From IMG/VR virus record IMGVR_UViG_3300007513_000010: a DNA stretch of 64,000 nt. One strand, 5' to 3'. Positions 1 to 9,515 of the stretch are shown here, piece after piece (the first letter of the stretch is position 1; every line of letters begins with the position of its first letter). This stretch comes from a virus. The position numbers and the translations under genes are program-made. The notes below the pieces were generated by a model. The model saw nothing but the letters and a program-made list of their open reading frames with translations. It made no database searches and was not told the origin of the DNA.

Positions 1-1
1 T

Positions 2-919
2 AATTCGGTCCCTGTAAAAGTGCTGGACACTGATGAGCAGATTATCGAGAGAATGGTTTTGGCCTCAAATCCTGATATTGACGGACGGATTCTATACAAA
101 GGAGACAGTCCACCATCTGCATATCAGATTTTTAGACTGGAAGATCCGCCTGATTCGTATTCTGATTTCGCTCGAGCAAAGATATATAATGTAACTTATC
201 CTAGGAACATAAGGAATGAGAGAATTTTTAACTTACCACAAGAGACATACATAAAGGGTAAGGGGTTGATACACGATAACCAGATAGAACCAAATAAAGA
301 TTATTATTATATGTTTCGCTCATCTGATCCCGCCGGCATTTCAAACCCTTCTAGGGTATTTAAAATAAGGCTGATATCCTATGAAGATGGGGTCTATCTA
401 GATGTAAAGCCCCACTCATTCAGTAAAAGAAAGAAAATGATAAAGGGAGACTTGTCGCAATTTTTAGAAATAGAGCCATCAGCAATGCAAAGCTCTTATG
501 CACTTAATCTTAATTCAGACCCTAGGGAAGCTTACAAGAGCTGCCCCCCTGCAGGAGAGATCAGGCTTGGCTTGAGCGAAAGTTCAATATGGGGGAAGTA
601 TTACAAACTTAGAATAAGGTCAAAGGTTACTGGAAAGGTTTTGGACGTTAATTTTAAATTTAATTACAAGATCCACGAAAATCTTGAAACAGCTGAGCCT
701 GATGGTTATACACCTGAGGACGAGCCCTGCCCTCCTAGGTCTAAGGTATCGAATTCGTCTTCGGGACTTCCCAACAAGGGGGCGGATTCTGCAAAAAGTT
801 ATACAGGTCATTCTGGGTGGGGGATTTGGCAAGGAAAAAGCACTAGCAAAGCGAAACCAAAAGGGGACAGATATCAAGGTATCGATTTCGATCCGCGACC
901 CCCAAAGGGCTACAAGTGA
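2..919 (+). CDS. 5'-truncated hypothetical protein, probably virion-associated
   Basis: The frame is open from the window edge to TGA at 919. Beta-rich stretch (IEPNKDYYYMFRS resembles an Fn3-like strand); lies in the structural gene block. Confidence 0.55.
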   Translation, partial: NSVPVKVLDTDEQIIERMVLASNPDIDGRILYKGDSPPSAYQIFRLEDPPDSYSDFARAKIYNVTYPRNIRNERIFNLPQETYIKGKGLIHDNQIEPNKDYYYMFRSSDPAGISNPSRVFKIRLISYEDGVYLDVKPHSFSKRKKMIKGDLSQFLEIEPSAMQSSYALNLNSDPREAYKSCPPAGEIRLGLSESSIWGKYYKLRIRSKVTGKVLDVNFKFNYKIHENLETAEPDGYTPEDEPCPPRSKVSNSSSGLPNKGADSAKSYTGHSGWGIWQGKSTSKAKPKGDRYQGIDFDPRPPKGYK

Positions 920-1005
920 TCAGTCTTGGGTTGAAACATTTTTTGTTTGATACTATTTAAATGTGTTGGTGTTGGGTTTTTTTATTGCGTTGTATTAAAA
1001 GTCCG

Positions 1006-1026
1006 AACTATTTACTATAAATAGTT
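1006..1026. promoter_or_regulatory. Palindromic putative late promoter AACTATTTA-CTA-TAAATAGTT, containing TATAAATA
   Basis: Perfect 9-bp inverted repeat of the recurring ACTATTTA motif, ~30 nt upstream of ATG 1056; another ACTATTTA at 952-959. Confidence 0.65.
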
Positions 1027-1055
1027 GTATTTTATTTTGTTAAGGAGAATGATTA

Positions 1056-2000
1056 ATGGCATTTTTAGATAATTCTGGCGATATTTTGCTAGATGCAGTG
1101 TTGACCGACGCCGGCCGCCAACGCATGGCCCGCGGGGAATTTAAGATAACTAAGTTTTCTTTAGGTGATGAAGAGATAAATTACGAACTATTTAACAAAG
1201 ATCACGTTAGTGGTTCCGCCTTTTATGACTTGGAGATAATGCAAACTCCGATTCTAGAAGCTTTCACAAACAACACTTCGACAATGAAGTCGCGACTGAT
1301 GACGATTACGAGAAATAATGTTTTGCATATGCCTATTTTAAAGATAAACACTCAGGCATCTTTGCAAGAAGATAATGGACAGCCTTCTGAGTTCTCGGGA
1401 GGTTATATACTTACTGCGAATCAATCAGCTGAAACTGACACAAGCAATGCTCTCGCTAATGTAAATGGTGTTTTGTACGGAGTAAACCCAAATAATTCTC
1501 AAAGCTTGATCATAGTAGATCAAGGAATTGATTCTAATGGGGACCCTTCTTACACTCAGCCAATAGACGATGATTTGCAAGAAAACCAATATCTTATACA
1601 GGTTGACCATCGCCTTCTTAGGGTGGCCGAGCCAGCCGCAGGTTCCACGCAAAAATATTCTTTTGTCGACGACGATAATATAGCGACATATTATTTCTCT
1701 ATAGGTAAAAACGCAACTATGATTGAAAGCATAGGAGTCATCCCGGATGGAGACCAGCAAAACAAGGCAGCAAAGCAGGTTTTTAAGGGCCCCTTGGGGA
1801 CAAGGTTTAAATTCAAGCTCTCGGCAGCGTTGAATATCAGAGAAAGCACGGCCCTTTTTGATAAGTTGGGCCCGGGCACCACAACTTTTGAGGTAGGTAC
1901 AGTAACTGGCCTCCAGTATTTGGACACAATTATCAGAGTTACCGGCGTGACGACTGGGTATTCGGTAGATATCCCAATAAGAATAATAAGAAAAGCTTAG
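1056..2000 (+). CDS. Putative virion structural (baseplate/tail) protein
   Basis: N-terminus DAVLTDAGRQRMARGEFKITKFSLGD resembles phage tail-collar/baseplate N-terminal domains; SD AAGGAG; follows the late-type motif. Confidence 0.55.
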   Translation: MAFLDNSGDILLDAVLTDAGRQRMARGEFKITKFSLGDEEINYELFNKDHVSGSAFYDLEIMQTPILEAFTNNTSTMKSRLMTITRNNVLHMPILKINTQASLQEDNGQPSEFSGGYILTANQSAETDTSNALANVNGVLYGVNPNNSQSLIIVDQGIDSNGDPSYTQPIDDDLQENQYLIQVDHRLLRVAEPAAGSTQKYSFVDDDNIATYYFSIGKNATMIESIGVIPDGDQQNKAAKQVFKGPLGTRFKFKLSAALNIRESTALFDKLGPGTTTFEVGTVTGLQYLDTIIRVTGVTTGYSVDIPIRIIRKA

Positions 2001-2009
2001 GAGTAAACA

Positions 2010-3224
2010 ATGGCGCAATCTACAGTATTTAAAACTTTTTTAAACTCAGACGTAACAACCACGAAGACACTGCTTCACGAGGCAATACCAATAACGGGAT
2101 CTCTGGTTTCGGGAACCTACGGGAAAGCTGACGGGTCAGATTATGGGGCAGAGCCTCATATAAAGAAGTATTCGCACGGAATGTTTCAAAGCGTGTATGA
2201 CTATCCGCATCTTAGCTCCTCAGCAAATCACATTTTTGATATTTCTACGGGTGTGGCACCCTATGTACCATTTAGTGGATCAGGAGGCACATCAGATTAC
2301 CAAGGTCTTTACACCTCGTCGGCCATGCTTCCTGGTGTCGTAAAGACACAGATGGATAAGAAGAAGAATATCTACATACAAATGGCTCAAATTTTAGCTG
2401 GCTATGATATAAGCGGCTCTGTGAGGCTGTTTGATAGTGATGGGGACTATGGAACCAAAGCAGATAAAATATTAGATCCGATTTTTCTTACCTTTTCTAG
2501 ATTATTGGTAAAGGACGAAATAAAGAAAGGGTCGTTTTCTCTTAGGCTCGGCACAGATCAGTCCTTTGATACACCATTTACTAAGGTGGTAGTTGTGAAG
2601 GACACGGGCGCCGCGTCAAACTACAGAGTTAATTCACCCGCCGGAGAATATGCTTTACTGTATGCTTCGGACGGCACAGATCCAGTAGCAATTGCTGCCA
2701 ATGTCAATTTAGCTGTAGGATTGATATATTATCAAGCAGGGGTGGTTATTTTGGATGGCTCAAAGCTATTCCGCGTTGCCACCACCCCCGGTGCTGGTTC
2801 GAACCCCATACTGGATGCTGATGGTATTCTTGTGGGTTCCAACTCTCCTCACATGCATCATGCTAATGTTGGAGGTGGTAAGACCCACACTCATATTTTT
2901 GCCAGTGGCACGATTGATCAAATGGCCGATGCTGTCAGAAGAAGGATTCAAGACGTTTCGTTTAATAACACTACAGAGTTGAATTCTGCAGTTTATTTTT
3001 GTAGAGCGCACCACAATGAATTCAATTATAGTTCGAATCCTACATATTTGAACGGAAGCCAGCTCAGAGTCAAGAAAAACATACAGGATCCGCCTAGAAG
3101 TTATGTAACTACCGTTGGGCTTTATTCTACTGATAACGAACTTTTAGCAGTGGCCAAATTATCTGAACCAATCAGAAAAGACCCAACAAATGAAGTGACG
3201 CTGAGGGTCCGTCTGGATTACTAA
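2010..3224 (+). CDS. Putative virion structural protein (baseplate/tail-collar-like C-terminus)
   Basis: C-terminal YVTTVGLYSTDNELLAVAKLSEPIRK...LRVRLDY motif, paralogous to the next gene; SD AGGAG. Confidence 0.6.
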   Translation: MAQSTVFKTFLNSDVTTTKTLLHEAIPITGSLVSGTYGKADGSDYGAEPHIKKYSHGMFQSVYDYPHLSSSANHIFDISTGVAPYVPFSGSGGTSDYQGLYTSSAMLPGVVKTQMDKKKNIYIQMAQILAGYDISGSVRLFDSDGDYGTKADKILDPIFLTFSRLLVKDEIKKGSFSLRLGTDQSFDTPFTKVVVVKDTGAASNYRVNSPAGEYALLYASDGTDPVAIAANVNLAVGLIYYQAGVVILDGSKLFRVATTPGAGSNPILDADGILVGSNSPHMHHANVGGGKTHTHIFASGTIDQMADAVRRRIQDVSFNNTTELNSAVYFCRAHHNEFNYSSNPTYLNGSQLRVKKNIQDPPRSYVTTVGLYSTDNELLAVAKLSEPIRKDPTNEVTLRVRLDY

Positions 3225-3225
3225 G

Positions 3226-4446
3226 ATGTTGTTCAAAGAATTTGAATCAACAGATGTCATTCATAACACGATTCTTACCCATCCAAAATATGATTTTTTT
3301 GTATATCAAAACAGGGTGTACAAGAATGAGGAGATATTAAATACAGGATCCTTTCAGAATCTTGAGAAGCACGTGGATCAGGGCAAAGTTAGTCTATATG
3401 AAATAAACGTTAATAGACCTTCAACTCAGTTAATTTATCCTTTTATTACAAAAGAGGGGGCAAGGACATCGTTTAAAACGATTTCTGTTTCAAACTTTTC
3501 TGATTCATCTCAGTTTAACTACGGAGATAAAATTACAGGATCCTACCCTCTTTCTGCCGGCATTAATAGAATTTTAATAAAAGATGGGATAGATATAGGT
3601 TTGTTGAATTTTGAAACTAAAGATACTTACGTTTCTCCTTCCGGTAATAAGAAATATATTCGCTCTTTAAAAACTGTCTTAAATGACAACGCTCGCTTTA
3701 GTCAGCATTATTCTTATTCTTCTTCGTATGGGGACAAGTCTTCCCAAAAGATTAATATGATTTGTGTGCCATCTATTTTGTATGGTTCTAAAATCAAACC
3801 CGGCTCTTTAAAAATGAAGTATTATATTTCTGGTAGTCTAGTTGCGGAAGTAAATGATAAAAATTTAAATGGAGAATTAATAGAAACCACCGGATCAAAC
3901 AAGGGCTCTGTCGCAGGGGTTGTATTGTATAACCACGGTTTAATGTTGCTTACAGGGTCTTGGAAAGTACACGCAACACATACAGAAAAATATGAAGGAG
4001 CCACAGCCGGTAATCTCTCACCTAGATGGAACAACTTTGGTGCAGGTATGCCCATGGTTGGGGACACTTATGAGTTTACTGGAATACCTTCTTCTAGTTT
4101 TGGGCTTCAATTTGAAGGTGTAAGCAAGATACCCACATTAACTCTGTTCGCCCATTCAGAAAAAGGGGAACATAGTTTTTCAAATAACCCGACATACATT
4201 AAATCCGGAAGTGCCGCAGAACACAATTTGACCTTAAAAAAATACTTAGAGAAGCCCGCGACAATTAAAAATATTGTAGATTCCGTTTACTCAAAGCATG
4301 AAGAGTCCTATGAGCCAAGAACATTTATATCTTCGGTTGGAATTTATGATGAAAACTATAATCTAATTGGTGTTGCAAAGCTAGCAAACCCTGTAAAAAA
4401 GAAGATGAATAGAGACTATACATTTAAATTAAAGCTTGACTTTTAA
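3226..4446 (+). CDS. Putative virion structural protein, paralog of 2010-3224
   Basis: Shared motifs IKxGS, G(L/V)xxYxxG, SxNPTY and C-terminal FISSVGIYDENYNLIGVAKLANPVKK...FKLKLDF. Confidence 0.6.
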   Translation: MLFKEFESTDVIHNTILTHPKYDFFVYQNRVYKNEEILNTGSFQNLEKHVDQGKVSLYEINVNRPSTQLIYPFITKEGARTSFKTISVSNFSDSSQFNYGDKITGSYPLSAGINRILIKDGIDIGLLNFETKDTYVSPSGNKKYIRSLKTVLNDNARFSQHYSYSSSYGDKSSQKINMICVPSILYGSKIKPGSLKMKYYISGSLVAEVNDKNLNGELIETTGSNKGSVAGVVLYNHGLMLLTGSWKVHATHTEKYEGATAGNLSPRWNNFGAGMPMVGDTYEFTGIPSSSFGLQFEGVSKIPTLTLFAHSEKGEHSFSNNPTYIKSGSAAEHNLTLKKYLEKPATIKNIVDSVYSKHEESYEPRTFISSVGIYDENYNLIGVAKLANPVKKKMNRDYTFKLKLDF

Positions 4447-4465
4447 TATATTATTCTGATATAAT
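4436..4465 (+). promoter_or_regulatory. Sigma70-like early promoter
   Basis: TTGACT-N18-TATAAT directly upstream of ATG 4473. Confidence 0.55.
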
Positions 4466-4472
4466 ATTTAAT

Positions 4473-5006
4473 ATGTTAGTACTTGGCTTGGACATTTCTA
4501 CTAGTATCTCGGGCGCGACCGTACTTGATTCTGCTGGTGCAATGCTTTACAATGAGTCTTGGGATACAAGAAATAAGAAATATTTCCCATCGATCTACCA
4601 CAAGGCGCGCCAGATCAGGGACAAGTTGCAAGATATTAAGCATCAATATTATATTGAAAACGTTCTCATAGAACAATCATTACATTCGTTTAGATCTGGT
4701 TTTTCTTCGGCTCAGACTCTTTCGACACTATCCAGATTTAATGGTATAGTTTCTTGGATGTGTTGTGATATTTTTGGAATAGAACCTCACCTTATTGCTG
4801 CCACAACTGCAAGAAAGCAGTCTGGACTAACGATCAGGAGAGGGGAAAATTCAAAAGAAAAGGTTCTTAAGTTTGTTATTGACAACGAGCCTAGTTTTCT
4901 GATAGAATATACTAAACATGGAAATCCCCGCCCTGGGACATATGACAGGGCGGATAGTTATGTCATCGCGAAAGCAGGCTTAAATTGGAAAAACTCAACA
5001 TCTTAG
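4473..5006 (+). CDS. RuvC-like Holliday junction resolvase
   Basis: N-terminal VLGLDIS, central LIEQ and C-terminal DRADSYVIA match the RuvC catalytic D/E/D-x-x-D pattern. Confidence 0.8.
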   Translation: MLVLGLDISTSISGATVLDSAGAMLYNESWDTRNKKYFPSIYHKARQIRDKLQDIKHQYYIENVLIEQSLHSFRSGFSSAQTLSTLSRFNGIVSWMCCDIFGIEPHLIAATTARKQSGLTIRRGENSKEKVLKFVIDNEPSFLIEYTKHGNPRPGTYDRADSYVIAKAGLNWKNSTS

Positions 5007-5905
5007 TTTCAAACTTAGGAAACTACTATCAAAATAATCAAGAATATTTGTTTCGTTGCCCAAAATGTGAACATCCCAAAAGGAAACTTTCTGTAAATTT
5101 AGAAAAAGGGCTCTTTAAGTGTTGGGTCTGCAGTTATTCAGGAAAATCAATAGGCAAGATGCTAAAAGACTATTTTCCATATGCGGAATATTCAAAGTGG
5201 TCAGAGGTGTCATCAGAAATAGACTTGTCTAAATATGAAGAAATATTCCAAGAACATCAGAACGTAGATTCTAGAGAAGAGGTAACCCTCCCCAGACACT
5301 ATAAATCTCTTTCTGCAAAATATAAAAAAGAGTTTATAAAACCTCTGACCTACCTTCAGAACAGAGGCCTTACCACAGCAGACATACTGCAGTGGAAGGT
5401 TGGATTTTGTGATTATGGAGAGTATGCTGGCCGTATTATTGTGCCCTCGTTCGACGCTCAAGGCGCACTGAGTTATTATATTGGGAGATCTTATTATGAA
5501 AACTCCTACAAGTATAAAAACCCGAAACACAGCAAGGATGTTATATTTAACGATATTTTATTAGATTGGAAATCTGACTTGGTTTTGGTGGAAGGGGTCT
5601 TTGACGCTATAAAGGCAAAGAATGCAGTACCACTACTTGGCTCTACTCTGAAAGAAGGATCCAGACTTTTTAAGAAGATCGTGCTTCATCGCCCAGATGT
5701 TTATTTGGCTTTGGATCCCGACGCGGACGACAAGGCATATGAAATTTCAGCTCTTTTGGGCCAATATGGGATAAATACATTTAAAGTTGATATTTCGGGG
5801 TTTGCAGATGTTGGAGAAATGACAAAGAAAGAATTTTTAAATAGGAAATCAAATGCTTCTTTTATAGCTTCTGGTGACTATTTAATGTATAAATTAAATT
5901 TCTAA
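4985..5905 (+). CDS. DNA primase (Zn finger + TOPRIM)
   Basis: CPKC...CWVC zinc finger, GRIIVP, YYIGR, KYKNP, VEGVFD and LDPDA TOPRIM motifs; TTG start overlapping the RuvC-like gene. Confidence 0.85.
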   Translation: MEKLNILVSNLGNYYQNNQEYLFRCPKCEHPKRKLSVNLEKGLFKCWVCSYSGKSIGKMLKDYFPYAEYSKWSEVSSEIDLSKYEEIFQEHQNVDSREEVTLPRHYKSLSAKYKKEFIKPLTYLQNRGLTTADILQWKVGFCDYGEYAGRIIVPSFDAQGALSYYIGRSYYENSYKYKNPKHSKDVIFNDILLDWKSDLVLVEGVFDAIKAKNAVPLLGSTLKEGSRLFKKIVLHRPDVYLALDPDADDKAYEISALLGQYGINTFKVDISGFADVGEMTKKEFLNRKSNASFIASGDYLMYKLNF

Positions 5906-5917
5906 AGGAGACTATTC

Positions 5918-6100
5918 ATGGAAATTACCAAAAAACAACTTAAGAATATTATTAAGGAAGAGATGGAAATATTGTCCCGAACAGGTGATATAGATTCTCT
6001 AACAGAGGTAGAAAGAAGGTTTTTTAAAGAACTCCTAGAGAGGCTTTCACCACAAAATTTAGCTGAGTTTGGTATTAAAAAAACGCAACAGAGTTCTTGA
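5918..6100 (+). CDS. Small protein, possible internal head protein
   Basis: SD AAGGAG; N-terminus MEITKKQLKNIIKEE; preceded by ACTATTTA at 5877-5884. Confidence 0.6.
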   Translation: MEITKKQLKNIIKEEMEILSRTGDIDSLTEVERRFFKELLERLSPQNLAEFGIKKTQQSS

Positions 6101-6125
6101 TTTTTGGAAGCAGTTCTGCTATACT
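6097..6125 (+). promoter_or_regulatory. Sigma70-like promoter with extended -10
   Basis: TTGATT-N17-(TGc)TATACT upstream of ATG 6147. Confidence 0.6.
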
Positions 6126-6146
6126 TATTATTAGTATGGAGAGAAC

Positions 6147-9100
6147 ATGAAATTTGCACACATAGCCGACACCCACATTCGAAATTTAAAGTATCACTTT
6201 GAATATCGCGAGGTCTTTAGGCAACTATATAAATCACTAAAAAACAACAAAGTAGACTATATCATCCACTGTGGTGATATTGCACACACTAAGACACAAA
6301 TTTCCCCAGAATTTGTGGATATGTGTAGAGAGTTTTTTGAAAACCTTTCAGCAATTGCCCCAACATATATTATTCTTGGTAACCATGATGGCAACCTTCG
6401 TAATGGCAGTCGACAAGACGCTATATCGCCAATAGTAAAAGCAATCAATTCTCCTAATTTGATCCTGCTTAAACACGCCGGCGAAACCCCGTTATCATCG
6501 GGGTTTGTTCTCAATGTTTTATCGGTATTTGATGAAGATAACTGGGTTAAACCCTCCAACAGAGAATCTATTAACATAGCCCTGTATCACGGCGCGATTA
6601 GTAAATCAAAAACCGACACCAATTGGACACTGGGGGGAGATCACGATATTGGCATTTTCGGGGAATTCGACTTTTCGTTCCTTGGGGATATACATAAGAC
6701 TCAGCAATTAGATAAAGAGGGAAGAATCAGATACGCGGGATCGACAGTTCAGCAAAATTTTGGGGAATCACTCGACAAAGGTTATTTGCTTTGGGATATT
6801 AAAGACAAAGAAGATTTCACCGTCGACCATATAACCTTTGAAAACCCAAAGCCTTTCATTACATTAAATCTAACAAGAAAAGGAAACCTTCCGAGAAGTA
6901 AGCCCCCAGAAGGGGCAAGGTTGAGAATAGTTTCAGAGAACAATGTATCGCTAGATAAAGTGAGAAAGGCCGTCGACACGGCAAAATTTAAATATAATCC
7001 AGAATCAGTAACCTATCTTAATAGAGCTGCAGGCAAGCAGATTACAATCGACGTTCCAGACTCTTCGACAAAAAAGGACCTAAGAGACCTCAAGACTCAA
7101 GAACAGCTGATACAAGAATATCTGAAAGAATATGATGCATCAGAAGAGGTCTTAAAAAGAGTCTTCGAGCTTAACAAAAAATATAACTCCCACATCGAAG
7201 GAACAGAAGATACATTTAGAAATGTGCACTGGTCACTTCAGAAATTAGAGTGGGACAATCTTTTTAATTATGGAGAAGGCAACATGGTTGATTTTTCAAA
7301 GTTAGAGGGCATTGTGGGTATTTTTGGCAAGAATTATTCTGGAAAATCTTCTATTGTGGACTCTTTGCTGTACACCATGTACAATTCGACTTCGAAGTCA
7401 ATAAGAAAAAACCTCAACATTATCAATCAAAACCACTCAGAGTGTAATGGTACCGCGACGATTAGGATAAACGAGACAGACTATATCATCGAGCGCGAAT
7501 CAAAAAAATATACAAAAAGGCTACATGGTGTAGAAACCATAGAAGCTAAAACCGATTTAGATTTTTATGAAGATGATTTTTCAGGGGAAACCGTAGAGCT
7601 AAATGGAACATCCAGGCAAGATACTGATAAAAACATTCGTAAATATTTTGGTTCTTTGGATGATTTCTTGTTAACATCTATGGCTAGCCAATTAAATTCA
7701 CTAACTTTTGTAAACGAAGGTTCAACAAAAAGAAAAGAAATTTTAGCTAAATTTTTAGATCTTGAAATATTTGATAAAAAATTTAGAATGGCGAAAGAAG
7801 ACTCTGCGTATACATCAGCAGCTCTAAAGAGACTATCAGGAATCGATTTCGAATCAGAAATAAACAACATTAAGTCTCAAATTTCAAAAAGCCAACTTCA
7901 AATAGAGACAAACAAGGCCTTGTGTTTGGAGCACAGGGAAGAAATTTCATTGACTTCAGAAAAATTGGAAGAAACACAGGGGAAAATCAACTCAGTTCCT
8001 GCAGAAATTATCGACCCGGTGATTGTCGGTCAAGAAATTGCAGACAAAAAGGCATTAATATTAAAATCCTCCAGAGAAAGAAAAAATGCAATATCAGAAC
8101 TCTCAGAGAGTAAAAGGAAATTTGAAAAAATTGAAGACTTCTTATCAGAGTTCGACATTTCTTCATACGAAGAGAAGAAAAAAATAATAAATGGAAATGA
8201 GGAAAAACTAACAGAGATGATTGCCTCGTTGAAAGAGGAGTCTGAGTTCAAATCTTTAAACGAAAAAAAGAAAAATTTATTGTCAGAAGTTCCGTGCGGT
8301 AGTCAATACCCAACGTGCAAGTTTATTAAAGATGCGCACTCTGCAGTTCAATTGTTGGAGATAACCGACAGAAACATGGGAAATTTATCGCAAAAAATAA
8401 ACAATTTGGGTGCAAAGATAGCAGAATTAGAACCAGAAAGAGTGAACAGTCATATCGATAAATACAACTTGTTAATTGATAAAAGAAACTCTCTTGCAAC
8501 TTCTGTTGCTTCTTCTAGGTTGCGAATAGAAAGAGCAGACGCTCTTTTATTTAGGGAGCAGGTAGAGTTAGAGAAATTAGAAGAAAAAAATACAGAATAT
8601 CATGAAAATAGGGATGCAATTGAAAACCTAAAGGGCTTGATCTTGACGCGCAATTCTTTTAAGAAAGATTTGAAGGAACAAGAACAGCAGCTAGAATCTT
8701 GCGAGCTTGCAATTATAAAGCTCCACAAGCGCCTAGGCGCCCGCGAACAAGAGCTAAAGCAAATGAAGAAAACTTATAAAGAATATCAAACTTTGCAAGA
8801 AGACTTTGCCGCATACCATCTGCTTATGGTGTGTTGTCACCCAAACGGTATTGCTTATGATATTATAAAAGACAGGTTGCCAATTATAAATCAAGAAATT
8901 GCAAAAATCTTGACAAACATTGTAGAATTTGAGATTTTTATTCAAAACGATGACAAGAAGCTTGATATCTTTATAAAGCACCCCAAGCACGAACCACGCC
9001 CCCTAGAAATGGGTTCCGGAGCAGAAAAAACAATAGCGTCTATGGCGATTCGTTTGGCGTTTTTAACTGTTTCAAGTTTGCCCAAGTCGGATCTATTTAT

Positions 9101-9284
9101 TTTAGATGAACCTGGGACTGCTTTAGACGAAGATAATATGGAAGGTTTTGTTCGAATTTTAGATATGATACGAGGTTATTTTAAAACAGTCTTGTTGATA
9201 TCTCATTTAGATAATTTAAAAGATTGCGTAGATATGCAAATTAACATTGAAAGAAAGGGCGGATACGCCCACGTAAATATATAG
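6147..9284 (+). CDS. Fused Mre11/SbcD nuclease and Rad50/SbcC ATPase (T4 gp47-gp46-like)
   Basis: Phosphoesterase motifs DTH, GD, GNHD, YHG, GDIH and YAGS, then Walker A GKNYSGKSS, long coiled coil, signature-like GSGAE, Walker B FILDEP and H-loop LISH, all in one ORF. Confidence 0.9.
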   Translation: MKFAHIADTHIRNLKYHFEYREVFRQLYKSLKNNKVDYIIHCGDIAHTKTQISPEFVDMCREFFENLSAIAPTYIILGNHDGNLRNGSRQDAISPIVKAINSPNLILLKHAGETPLSSGFVLNVLSVFDEDNWVKPSNRESINIALYHGAISKSKTDTNWTLGGDHDIGIFGEFDFSFLGDIHKTQQLDKEGRIRYAGSTVQQNFGESLDKGYLLWDIKDKEDFTVDHITFENPKPFITLNLTRKGNLPRSKPPEGARLRIVSENNVSLDKVRKAVDTAKFKYNPESVTYLNRAAGKQITIDVPDSSTKKDLRDLKTQEQLIQEYLKEYDASEEVLKRVFELNKKYNSHIEGTEDTFRNVHWSLQKLEWDNLFNYGEGNMVDFSKLEGIVGIFGKNYSGKSSIVDSLLYTMYNSTSKSIRKNLNIINQNHSECNGTATIRINETDYIIERESKKYTKRLHGVETIEAKTDLDFYEDDFSGETVELNGTSRQDTDKNIRKYFGSLDDFLLTSMASQLNSLTFVNEGSTKRKEILAKFLDLEIFDKKFRMAKEDSAYTSAALKRLSGIDFESEINNIKSQISKSQLQIETNKALCLEHREEISLTSEKLEETQGKINSVPAEIIDPVIVGQEIADKKALILKSSRERKNAISELSESKRKFEKIEDFLSEFDISSYEEKKKIINGNEEKLTEMIASLKEESEFKSLNEKKKNLLSEVPCGSQYPTCKFIKDAHSAVQLLEITDRNMGNLSQKINNLGAKIAELEPERVNSHIDKYNLLIDKRNSLATSVASSRLRIERADALLFREQVELEKLEEKNTEYHENRDAIENLKGLILTRNSFKKDLKEQEQQLESCELAIIKLHKRLGAREQELKQMKKTYKEYQTLQEDFAAYHLLMVCCHPNGIAYDIIKDRLPIINQEIAKILTNIVEFEIFIQNDDKKLDIFIKHPKHEPRPLEMGSGAEKTIASMAIRLAFLTVSSLPKSDLFILDEPGTALDEDNMEGFVRILDMIRGYFKTVLLISHLDNLKDCVDMQINIERKGGYAHVNI

Positions 9285-9296
9285 GAGATTTTGAAT

Positions 9297-9515
9297 ATGG
9301 CACGCTTTAAAGCGTTTATGGACAGATATACAGAGAGGTTTATTTCTAGAAAATTTTTGGCTTGGATAACAGCTACGGTTTTGTGCTTATATGGGTCAGT
9401 AACAAGTGATAATTGGACAGCGATTACGCTAGCTTATATTGGCACTCAAGCACTGGTAGATATGGCAGTTCAGTGGAAACACGGCCCGAGATTATATTCG
9501 AGAGATATGGAATGA
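9297..9515 (+). CDS. Putative holin
   Basis: About 72 aa; SRKF followed by two hydrophobic segments; SD GGAG; first of three translationally coupled membrane genes. Confidence 0.5.
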   Translation: MARFKAFMDRYTERFISRKFLAWITATVLCLYGSVTSDNWTAITLAYIGTQALVDMAVQWKHGPRLYSRDME

